Shown here piece after piece: positions 52,641 to 64,000 of a stretch of DNA of 64,000 nucleotides. This DNA comes from Callorhinchus milii. Its lineage: Eukaryota. The position numbers and the translations under genes were made by a program. Every line of letters begins with the position of its first letter. Positions within the stretch are counted from its first letter, which is position 1. The notes beneath the pieces were generated by a model that saw only the letters and a list, made by a program, of their open reading frames with translations, was not told the origin of the DNA and did no database searches. The stretch is from assembly GCF_018977255.1 (NCBI RefSeq), contig NW_024704743.1, positions 40,550,001 to 40,614,000 on the forward strand, written 5' to 3'.

Positions 52641-54543
52641 TGAGGTTGAGGAGTTGACAGGAGCTAAAGTGTATTGCTACCGTCTTGTCCATATACAGCT
52701 ACAGGACGTTTACACCATTGACTTTGTAGACAATAAGCTGTTCACTGACAAAGAGCTGAATAGCACTTTTGGCAGCCTTCCTGCCCCTACCGTCCCTACA
52801 CTCCACCCCTCTTGATCACAACCCCCTGTTCGGGTCCAAATCCCTGACTGTCGTGCACCTTGAGATATCCTCTTGATGTGAGAGGCTCTATACGAATGTA
52901 ATTTGTTGTTGTTTCAAGTCAGGAAGATGTCTCAAAGTACTCAGGATTTATTTCGAAGTGGAATGATTGTGTATTTTGTAGCCAAACATGGCACTCAATT
53001 ACACACAGAAGCATTCTACCAGCAGCCATGAAATGAATGACTAATGTGATTTGTGAGATTGTTGGTCAGGACATCAGGAAAAACTCTCTTCTCTTTTCAA
53101 GTAGTGGCATGCCCACCTGAAGAGGTAGACTTGGCCTCAGTTTAACATCTCATTCAAAGGATGACACCTCCACCAATGCAACACACCATCATGATTGCAT
53201 TGTACTGTAATTTCAATTTAGATTATGTGAGTTGAAGTCTCAACATAGGACTTGAACCCACAACCTTCAGACTTAAATTGCACATGGAAATGTTGCTGAT
53301 TCTGGGATGAAATTTGCACTCTCTCTCTGGTGGCGGAGTGGGAAGGGGAGTGCATACAATTTAAACTCATGCAAAATTTCGGAAAATTCTACTATTAACA
53401 TGGAAGCTCATTTTCGACAGGCCTTAAAATGGGTTCCAAATTAAGTCAGAATTTCAAGATATCCCACAATTCTACACCTTTTTAAATTTTAAGGCAAAAT
53501 GGTAAAAAAGAGGCTAAGGCATTTTAAGTCATGAATTGATAATTATAATAATTCTTGCATTCAATATAGTGCCTTGTCACATTGCTGAAACATCTCAAAC
53601 CTATTCACAGAATATATTGTAAAGTGGATTTAGCGTGTATTTTGTGGGCGTAACGAGGTAGTCAATTGCTGAAATTAAATTGCTTCTATTGTCTGTGTTT
53701 ATGGTTGAAATTGGTGTAAGCTCCCAGAAATATTAATTGAAAATATCAATATACTTAAGTTGTCTGGTTATAATGAATCTCTATTGTGGATCAAGTACAT
53801 TATTACAATGGAGAGATCAGTCTGAAAACAAAACAATTAATGTATTGAATTAGATCAAAGCAGAATGCATACTTTGAAACCTGATACTACCTTCCTGACC
53901 CACTGACTACCAATAACACTTGACCACACCATTAACCTCCTGCTCTCCGTCACCTTCTCTTAAAACACATAATCATATGAACTAAACCATAAAAGATGAG
54001 CAACATCCAAGTCAATTGGAAAAAAATACATGGGCTCAAACCTGATAACATTAACCTTACTTTCCTGCCACCAGTAAACAAACACTGAGCACAAGTTTGT
54101 TGATGGAACATCATTGGCTGCGCTTAACAGACCTTCAATGCAAGTGGAAAGTGTGCTAAAATCATAAAAATAATATAATGGGCCATTCACTCCATTGAGC
54201 TATTACTGGTGCTATCTCCTCCACATGAACTAATATATTATAATTCTAATTCCCTCTTCTTTCTCCATTTCCTTTTATACTGTTTATCTTCAGATACTTA
54301 TCCAATTTATGTTCAACACTTTATGCCAAAGCATTTCTCCTAATCTCTCCCTTTATTTTTTCAGTTGTAATCCTGAGTTTATGCTACTTGCTAACGGTAT
54401 AAATGAACAAATAAAATACTTCATAAAATCAAACCTTTGAGAACAGCTTTCCTCAACAGAGGGCCACTGGTGGGAGCTTTACCACTGGTATATATGTCAC
54501 GTCCACTCAAACAACTGATTTCTCCTTTTTGTATGTGGAACAC

Positions 54544-54694
54544 ACATTTCCATATATAAACATCCGTACAGTAAATTTTGAACATTTAAACATTCTGCTG
54601 CTCAGGAAATACAGAGGAGACATTTCCATATATAAACATCCGTACAGTAAATTTTGAACATTTAAACATTCTGCTGCTCAGGAAATACAGAGGA
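54544..54694. repeat. Perfect tandem duplication, 76-bp period
   Basis: acatttccatatataaac..ggaaatacagagga occurs twice. Confidence 0.92.
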
Positions 54695-56615
54695 TACTTG
54701 CAGGGCAAGTGTGCAGCTTTTGTTCTTTCCTTACATAGAAATTCAGTAATCATTTATGCCATTGTTTAACATATCTGTACTTTAATCTAAGTAGAATTCA
54801 GTCTCCCCCAGTCCATCATAATGCTCCTGAAAAAATAAGTAGATTCACAGTAATAGGTCTGGGTACTTACCCATGTCGTAAATAGAAACAGTGTTATCCA
54901 AAATGTAGTTTGGAACTTCAAAATAACAAATATTAATCATTGTCTCACCTACATAGTGATATTGATTAAACAGTTTTATTTCATTTTATCAAGACCCTCC
55001 TCTTCAACCATGCCATCGACCACCCCCCTTCCCCTCGGGGTCTGAAATGCTATACACTGTCCAGTGCCTTGTAACGTCCTCCCGACGTGAAATGCGCTAT
55101 ACAAATGTAATTTTGTTGTTTTTGTTCAATTTCAAACTGTGAGAGTCACAAAATTATGAATTGCAAATTTCAAGCCAGCAAAGTCCAAAGATGTCAGAGA
55201 ACAAAACATTTGCAAAATGTTTTATCTCTTTGGAATAGGAATGACAGTTCCTGTTATTTCTCAACTTCCTTCATACAGTTGCCTCTATGCTATTGTCTGT
55301 TCTTGTAGATCAGAACAAAGACAGTTAGAACAGATGTCAGAAAGCATTTCTTCACACAGAGTTGTGAACATGCAGAATGTTCTGCCCCAGAAAGCTAAAG
55401 ATATTTAATCAATAGGAAATAATAATAATAATAATCCTTGCATTTGATATAGCGCTTTTCACGTCGGGAGGACGTCCCAAAGCGCTTCACAGAATATACT
55501 GTAAAGTGAATTGACTGTATATTTGTGGGCGAAACGCGGCAGCTAATTGCACACAGCAGTGTCCACAAACAGTCGTGGATTAAAAATGACCAATTTATTA
55601 TTGTTTTGAAATGGGATTGTATTTTTAGATAAATGGGATATGGGGAAGGATAAGAGAGAGATGACTGAAGACACAGTCAAAGAGATATGTTTTCACGAAT
55701 GTTTTGAAGCGAAGAGGGGAGAGGTGAAGTGCAGGGATTTGGGGAGAGAGTTACAGAAAGAGGAGCAAAATTGTTGAAAGTTCACCCATCAATGGTTGGG
55801 TGAAGGAAATAGGGGACATGAAGTACATCAAAATTGGCAGAGTGGAGGGGCAGGGGAGTAGGACAACAGGAAAACAGCTGAAGATAACCATGAGCATCTT
55901 GAAGGTGATCTCCTGGGGAAAATGGAGATCAAGACTATTCCATTGATTTGATCTTTTAAACTGAATGCCTCAACCTTTTACTATATCCCTTAATATCCTG
56001 GCTTCTGTTTACTTCACTGACTAGTGGAGCCAAACAAAAATGGGATGATTGACTCTATTAGCTTTGTGTAGAACTCTAGATGTTGTAGAGTTTGTGGAGG
56101 ATAATGCTAGGATGACAGGCAATCAGGACTTTGGAAAACTCAAGGATGTTTTGATAGAGTCCGGGAACCTAATGCGGGAGAGAGTGTAAATTGCAGAATT
56201 CTGGATTATCTAATGCTTGTGGAGATCAGAGAAAGGAAAGGCCATCAAGCAGAGCATTGGAGAAGTTGAATATGGATGTGACAAACACATGAATGAATGA
56301 AAATTTTGGCTATGTTGAAGGTGAAAATTTAGGAAGGTAGATTTGGGCAGCAACTGGGTTTGGTTGATATTGTTAGTTCCTGAATAACACATTTCTTGTC
56401 ATAAAATCATAGAATTATACAGCACAAAAGGAGACTATTCAGACCGTCATGTCTGTGCTGGCTCTTTGAAAAGAGCTGTCCAATTCAATCCTACTCACCT
56501 GCTCTCTCCCCATCACCCTGCAAACTTGTCCTCCTCAAATAATTATCTACTTCTCTCTTAAAAGTTGTTTTCAAATTGGCTTCCACCACCTTTTCAGGGA
56601 ACGCATTCCAGATCT

Positions 56616-56934
56616 GGAGTCCTGTAGCTCAGTGGTTAGAGCACTCGCTTTGCAAGCGAGAGACCTGAGTTCAATTCCAGGCAGGGCGAAACCTTGGGCA
56701 AGTTTCCTTACTCCACACGCCTAATAATAATCCCTCCAAAACCAAAAACAATAATAAATTGGTCATTTTCAATCAATTAACGACTGTTTGTGGGACATTG
56801 CTGTGCGCAATTGGCTGCCGCGTTCGCCCACAAATATACAGTCAATTCACTTTACAGTGTGTTCTGTGAAGCGCTTTGGGACGTCCTCCCGACGTGAAAA
56901 GCGCTATATCAAATGCAAGGATTATTATTATTAT
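56616..56934 (+). mobile_element. Young tRNA-derived SINE, full length, inserted in a CR1 fragment (56399-57290, minus)
   Basis: Consensus match; ATCT repeated at both flanks. Confidence 0.9.
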
Positions 56935-57475
56935 CTGAACAACTCTGATTTAATTTCTCCTCACCTCACCTCTTTTTCTTTTAACAACTATTTTAAATCG
57001 TAGTCCTTGGGTTACCGACCCATCCGCCAGCAGAAATTGTTCACCCTATCGAATCCCATCATAATTTTGAAAACTTGTATTAAGTCTACTGTTAACCTTC
57101 TCTGGTCTAAGAGAATAATTCTAGCTTCTCTAGCCTCTCCTGATAACTGAAGTCCCTCATTCCTGATACCATCCTGGTAAATCTCCTTTGCACCCTCTCC
57201 AATGCCTTGAAAAACTTCCTTAAGTGTGGTGCCCAGAACTGAACACAATCCTGTAGCTGAGGCCTAACCAATTTGTTTTATAAAGGTTCATCACAAGTTA
57301 ATGATGATAATTTGTGATGAATCACAACCAATTACTGATAATAATTATCACAAGCATTTTAGAAAACATTGCAAATTTCACCCCTTTGTGTATAGTCAAT
57401 TCAATTTTCAGTATACTTTGTGAAGCGCTTTGAGACTTCTCAACAATGTGATGAGGTGATATATCAAATGCAAGG

Positions 57476-57508
<33 letters not shown>

Positions 57509-58339
57509 ATACACCTTGCAGGTAGTGAATAACATTCTTCCTGCTTTAATATGACTTCATCTGGTGCCCGGTCTTATAATGGTGTTACCATGGCCCTTTT
57601 TTTCTAGTCAAATTTTTATTAGAAGTTATCTGAACTTTAGGTTCTATTCTCTTACTGTTTGTTTGACAAACAATGATTGTGAAAGGTTTAAACTTAACAG
57701 TTGAATGGATTTCTCCTGTGAACAGATAAAGTTTCTTTCAATGTCAGCTATTTGGACCAATGAAATTCAAGTCATTCACTAATGCATCACTTGGTGATCT
57801 GAATATTCAATGTTTTGGGTAGATTCTGTACATTATTGATTGAGCACCCTTGCGCCCAGTGATGAAGTCTCTTTCATGGCGAGGATCCAAATAAAAATGT
57901 TATGAAACTAGACTATTTCTTCTTGCCATGAATAACTTCAGTATTGTGTGCTTTGAACTTATCTTTTAGTGTGATTGGTGCAGCCATTTCCTGATTTCCT
58001 TTTTCTCTTCAGCCACTGCACCACCATGACTTGTTCTGGCTGATAACTGAATTGGCCAGAGATCCTTGGTGTATTCCGCTTTTAAAGAGATTATTTTTGT
58101 ATGATACAAGTGTGTGTTAACTGACTAGTGGGACAAGGTTTGATTCTCTCCCTAAGCTCAATATTGGAAAATAACATTGTTGCTCCACGTATTACATGAA
58201 AAGCCATAAAGGATTTTACATAAAACAATTTCACCTGTAGCTTTAAATTATAAATGATTTAAAATCATAGCACAGCTGGCATTGCATGGTCATCTGTCCC
58301 TGTTTTGTCATATAAATTGAGTCTGACACTGAATCAGGA

Positions 58340-58950
58340 GAAGAGGGAGGGTTAGGTGACCATAAGCATGATCAAAATGTCTTTAGTCGGGATTTCAAGA
58401 TGGGGAGGGAGGGGGCAAGGTGGAGGGATTGAGGGAGAAAGTTCCAGAGTTTCGTGGCATAGTTGCTGAACGCCCAACCACTGATGGTGGAGCGAATATG
58501 ACGAGGGACAAACAAGAAGCCAGAGCCAGCCGAGTGGAGACAACAGTTAGTGGATTGGGTGATAGACAGATCAGATATGTAGAGAGGTGCGAGGTCATGA
58601 AGGGATTTGAAAACAAGTGAGAGGATGTTGAAATCAATCCATTCGGTAATTGGGAACCAGTGGAGCCTGGTAAAGACTGGTGTGATGGGGGTACGGAGAT
58701 TTTTGCGAGTGAGTATACGGGCGGCAGAGTTTTTAATTAATTGAATTGTGTATGATGGAGCTGGGGAGACCAGCGAAGACAGCGTTGGAATAATCCAGCT
58801 GGGAGCTGATGAGGGTTACGGCTACCTTGATTGTGAGATACGGATAGCGGAAAGCAATGCAAAGGAGGTGAGAAAAAGTGGCCCTGGTCAGGGAACGGAT
58901 GTCGGGTAGAAAGGAAAGCTGGGGTTCGAACCTAACACCTACATTGTGAG
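58340..58950 (-). mobile_element. Older L2-clade LINE fragment
   Basis: Decayed similarity to the other L2 copies (ctggattattccaacgct, cttgaaatc). Confidence 0.65.
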
Positions 58951-60594
58951 GGAGTAATAAAAGGCAGGGGTGAGGTCAAAGGGCAGGTAAATGGGGCTGA
59001 AAGGATTTCTCTTTAAAAAGACTAGCAGAAACACGAAGGACCGAATGACCTTCTTCTGTGATAAACATATGTATGGTTCTATGGATGGTATACATCTTAC
59101 TGAGAGTAAGGACCCATGGACTCATCACTAATCATGTCCATGTGAGGCAGAAATGAACAAGTTAGTCTGGGTAGGCTAGGCTACATAAATCCCCAGAAGT
59201 CATGCTCAAGCTGTACAGTATTCAAGTCAGTCGTTGGTTCAAACAAAGAACCTTGAGACAGCAGAGGGAATTGGAACAAGACTGATCCTCACTATCAAAA
59301 GGTAATGAGCTATAATTAGGGACACAACAGTATACAGTATAACAATATAGACATTAAAGGGAAAATAAACTGTAAAAATGCTTTCAGGTGGATCAAGGCA
59401 GCAGGACAAGACTCAGAGTTGTGAGGACAAGTTGGTAAGTTTTGCTCTCTAGAAGGACTAAATTAAATGGGCTAAAAAGGTAATTCTCTCAGCATTTTAT
59501 TCAATCCACGACAGTTTGTGGGACACTGCTGTGTGCAATTGGCTGTCGCTTTTCGCCTACAAAATATACAGTCAATTCACTTTACAGTATATTCGGTGAA
59601 GCACTTTGAAATGTTTCAAACACGTGATAAGGCGCTATATCAAATGCAAAGGTTATTATTGTGAATATTGTTATCTAGGCAAAACAATCCATTAAAGGTG
59701 TTTGGCCCAATCACTTCAATCATTTTCAGCCTCAAACCAGCAAAAAATTCTTAGGTCTTCCTTATCTCCATGCGTCGCATCTGAAAGTATTATTTTTACA
59801 AAGAACACAGAAGCAGCATTGATAAAACTGGTCACTGTCACTTTACTTTGATGTCGTAATGTTTTGTCAATCTTAATAAAAAAAACTGTATGGAGTGTTT
59901 AGTGGGAAAGGAATAAGAAAACTGAGAAAAGATTAGTTGCTTATATAGGTCAAAACTTCTGAAAAAAAACAAAGTCTCCATCCATTTTTATTAGTTAAAT
60001 ATTATATATGATTAATCATCTTAGATTGTTTTGAGGTCAAATTCATCTTGCAGCTCAATCTTTGCTACCTTCCATTGTTTGCTGAATTTGTATGTCTGTT
60101 CCAGGAATACCTGCCATTGATACTTTAGAAAATGAGATGTTACACTGTAATGCTCACATGTATGCACAGTATGATCTCCAAGGCTTTACTCTCTGTGCTG
60201 TTCGTTGGGCTGATGGCTGAGAGACAAGGATCTTGCTGGGGGGGATGGAATGCAATGCTGAAACAGGCTGTGGCTGTTTCCCACACATGTGGGGCTTTGC
60301 GTGAGAGGAGGGTATAGATCCCTGCTGATGGATTAGATTAGACTAAAGATAAATCCAACCTTGACCACATTTGGAGTATGGCGTCTAATTCTCGCCTCCA
60401 AATTATAGGAAAAAAATACCAGCAATGGAAAAAATACAGTGTAGGTTTACAAGGATGATGCCAAGACTGGCAGGTTACTGCTATCAGGATAGAATGGATT
60501 GTTTGGGCCACTTTTTTAGAGAAGAGATATTTAAAGGGGATCCTAATAGAAATGCTTAAAATTACAAAAGGGTTCAATAAAGTTAACATAACAT

Positions 60595-60965
60595 AATTGG
60601 TAGCATATTGATTAGAACACTTGCCTCGTAACTGAGATGCCAAGGGTTCGATTCCCAGACAGGGCAAAACCTTAGGCAAGTTACCTTACTCCACACACCT
60701 CTGTTTAGCAAGCAGTAAGTAGGAACCCAGTTGTTATTGATTGGTGGATCACTTTTCCAGGGATAATACTCACTTCAAAAATAATAATAATAATTTGGTC
60801 ACTCAATCCACGATCATTTGTGCTGTATGCAATTGGCTGCCATATTTTCGTCCACAAAATATATAGTCAATTCACTTTGCAATGTATTCTGTGAGCAGTG
60901 CTTTGAGACATCTCGAAGAAATGATAAGGCACTATATCAAATGCAAGGATTATTTTTTATTATAA
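60595..60965 (+). mobile_element. Older, longer subfamily of the same SINE (related copies at ~47870-48235 minus, ~49810-50190 minus, ~33440-33575 plus)
   Basis: Same head and 3' region plus about 60 extra internal bp (ctgttt..agcagtaagtaggaaccc..cttttcc). Confidence 0.75.
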
Positions 60966-63654
60966 ATGGGCTGTTTCCACTAGTTGGGGAGTCTGTAACC
61001 AGCAGATATAACTATAAGATAGTGACTAGGGGATATAAAAAAGAACTTAAGATGAATTACTTTATACAGAGGGTTGTGAGATTGTGGAACTCACTGCCTG
61101 AAATAATGGTTGAATCAGATAGTATAGATGTTTTCAAGAGGAAGCTGGTCCCTCATGTGAGGCATAAGGTATTAGAAGGATATAGGAGGGAGTAAGGAAC
61201 GGGTGAAGACTCATGTTGCAAGGACCAGTATAGACTAGTTGGACTACATTTTTTTAAGTTAAATTGTAAATATGTGAAAATAAACATTTAACTTTACAAA
61301 GAAAGTTAATTTTTTTGTAAAGTTAAATTGTAAATGTGTATTTTTACATCACCCTTTCCCCCCATATGCTACTATTGAGGAAACTTTATCTTGAGCTCTT
61401 GGGAGAGCATTAATTTGGTGCTGCATCACCAGATAAAGACTGGAAAAACAACTATTAAGCAAATTAAAGCCTTTTAATGATTGGAGTCTAACATTGAAAA
61501 CCCCATTGTTTTATTTTAAATTCAACATGACCCTGAGTGAAAAGAAGCAGACAGGAAATAACATTCTTTGGAAACAGCTGGTTAGTATTAAACAACAAAC
61601 ATAACAACTTGCATTTACGTAGTGCCCTTCAAACATGATAACACCTTAAACAAGGTTGGACACTGAGCTATGGAAAGACAGAAGGATGGGGAAGGGGCAG
61701 AGACACATTGCAGAGAAAACATAGAATTATAGAATATACAACACAGAAACAGGACATTCGGCCCAAATGGTCTATGCCGGCATTTGTGCTCCACAAGAGC
61801 CTCCTCCTGCCCTTCCTCGACTAAGCCTATCAGCATAACCTTCTATTCCTTTCTCCCTCATGTACTTATCTAGTTTACCCTTAAATTAATCTATGCTATT
61901 TGCCTCAACGTTTCCTTGTTGTAGCAAGTTCCACATTCCCACCACTCTCTGGATAAAGAAGTTTCTTCTGCCTTCCTTATTTGATTTATTGGTGACTATT
62001 TTATATTTATGGCCACTGGTTTTGGTCTCCCCCACAAGTGAAAACATCTCTGACTACCCTATCAAAACTGTTCATAATTTTAATGATCTCTATTAGGACA
62101 CCCCTCATGCTTCTATGACATTATTCAAGAAGAGAAGTGAGTTTTTCCAGGTTTCCTGGCCAACAATCCCGCAAATAAAATGGGTCAATGGCTTCAGTCG
62201 TCCAGTTGAAATATTACAGTGTGCAAATCTCCTGTAGCTTTGCCTACAGATAGACAGTTATCATATTTCACTTTGAAATCTTGTGAAGCACTTTGAAAAC
62301 TTTGGAGAACATGATGAGGTGCTGTATCAAATGTAAGTATTATTATTATAAAACTAACATGCCATGGTATATTAGTTGTATATATAAAAATAGGCACAAC
62401 ATTGTGAATACATACAGTGGCTTTATTGCAGATAGATGCTTCATCATTTATGGTGCTTTATCTTAACATGGTAAATGATGCATCATTTATACTGACATGT
62501 GTGCTTAGTGCAGCAAACTTGCTATAATAGTTGCTAAGCAACGGTTAACAAATCTTGTCACAATTGTAAGCACTTCTGCATCCAAGCTCACCATGCACAC
62601 AGCCTAGTTCACAGTTCAGATAAGTACAGCCTTGCTGCACCGTATGGGGCAATTCTCTTCTCCACAGTCTCTCAGGCCTTTTGGAAGCGCTGTGTGTTAA
62701 ATTGGAGCCAGCTTTGTGCTATTCACTTTTTGTTTATCGACTCAGACAAGACGGTGATTGCCAATTATATATTTCACATGGGACTCTCGAGAGTTGATTT
62801 TCATCTTCCACGTATAAGCAAAATCTGAACTCAGGTTTCTAGAAGTGAAAGAGTGATAGACCCAAGCCCCCATCAAGAATTAAGCCTATATGGTGGGCAC
62901 ATTTTATTATAAGCAAATTAATGAATAATGATTGCACCTTATCTTCATTTTAATGGTGCACCTGTTTCATTGCAAAAAGATTTATTTCTTCTTTATAGCC
63001 TGATACAACAACAAGATTACATTTGTATAGCGCCTTTCACGTTGGGAGGATGTCCCAAGGTGCTGGCCTTGGCGCCAGATACAATGAATAATGTTGAGTA
63101 GTTCTTCATAGACATCCAGTAATAAAGAGATAGTCACAGGTTCTTGAATTCAATAGGATATGAAAAGCAATGATTGTTAAAAGGTTTCTCAATAAGGATT
63201 CAAAGTCGCAAATGGGAACATTTATGGTAAGCAGAAATCCAGCACGCTAACTCTTGGGAGTATATGTAGTAGATGGAGTTTGTGTTTTGTTCCCATGGCT
63301 CTGCATTGTGTACATCTGGTTACTGGAAGGAGTTTCATTTGTAATTCAGAATTCTTATTAAAGAATAATGTGTTAGATTTTACACTCCGATATCCAGCTG
63401 TCTTTAAAATCTGACTGGCGGTGGATGAATTGAACATGGCTTTCTGTTGCACGTACTATTTTCTGCTTTGTAAACCAATACGCTTAGAACATAACTAGGT
63501 TCCAATTTGCAATATTTGAAAAATGCATTTATTGCCAACAAATCAGAAATCGCAAATTGGTGAAGCCTGAAATAAAAGATTGCTGAGCAAACACTTTCCT
63601 TAATAAACTCCTATTCTCTCACCCATTGTGCCCAGTGCTCCTTCAAAACCTGAT

Positions 63655-64000
63655 AAGATAAGTATGAATTTCCTACAGTTGAATGTGAACAAGACTGAGG
63701 CCCTCCTGATTGGCTCGCGCCAGCGCCTCTGCACCTCAGGCTCTGGCAGCATCAACCTCCAGGGTTGCACACTACAACTCACCAAGCCATTCAGGAACCT
63801 CGGTGTCTTGTTCGACCCTCAACTGTCTTTTCTCCCCCACATCCAAGCCATGACCCGCTCTGCCTTCCCTCACCTCCGTAACATCGCCCGACTCCACCAG
63901 TACCTCACCCCTCAGGCCACTGAAACTCTTGTTCATGCCTTCATCACCTCCAGGCTCAACTATGCAAACCCCCTGCTTGTCGGCCTTCCCAACTCCTCCC
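63655..64000 (+). mobile_element. L2-clade LINE ORF2 fragment running off the window end
   Basis: NFLQLNVNKTEALLIG..RNLGVLFDPQLSF..HLRNIARL..ETLVHAFITSRLNYAN. Confidence 0.88.

Noticed and set aside
54871..54948. Possible 78-nt minus-strand exon (ETMINICYFEVPNYILDNTVSIYDM) with a gtaagt donor
   Set aside because: Poor polypyrimidine tract and no recognisable homology; likely chance.
59388..59434. Exon-like ag..gtaagt segment
   Set aside because: It resembles decayed CR1 3' sequence and is not frame-preserving.

Overview
Vertebrate genomic DNA. The mix of tRNA-SINEs, Deu-type SINEs, CR1 and L2 suggests a cartilaginous fish, possibly a chimaera (inference from recalled repeat families). The only recognisable protein-coding gene is cytosolic acetyl-CoA acetyltransferase (ACAT2-like thiolase) on the minus strand at 3689-8405. 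Exons 1 and 4-8 are intact with canonical splice sites. Exons 2-3, which carry the nucleophilic Cys, are absent between exon 1 and exon 4, and exon 9 is not seen in the window. Directly upstream (8.4-23.9 kb) is a GC-rich tandem amplification of a 4-5 kb unit. It carries extra copies of the ACAT2 promoter and start codon, a 30-bp G-rich minisatellite, long CA-rich tracts, and a quasi-palindromic 16-mer (GGGCCGGTCCCTGCAA) present in 1, 2, 46 and 180 copies at the same position in successive units. From 23.9 kb to the end the DNA is AT-rich and dominated by SINE and LINE relics. These include a CR1 with a clean 5' inversion, plus a few weaker candidates (a 24-nt microexon-like signal, a long hairpin, a 49-bp inverted repeat). 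All long ORFs at 7.4-24 kb are artefacts of stop-free repeats. Assembly error in the repeat block cannot be excluded from sequence alone.
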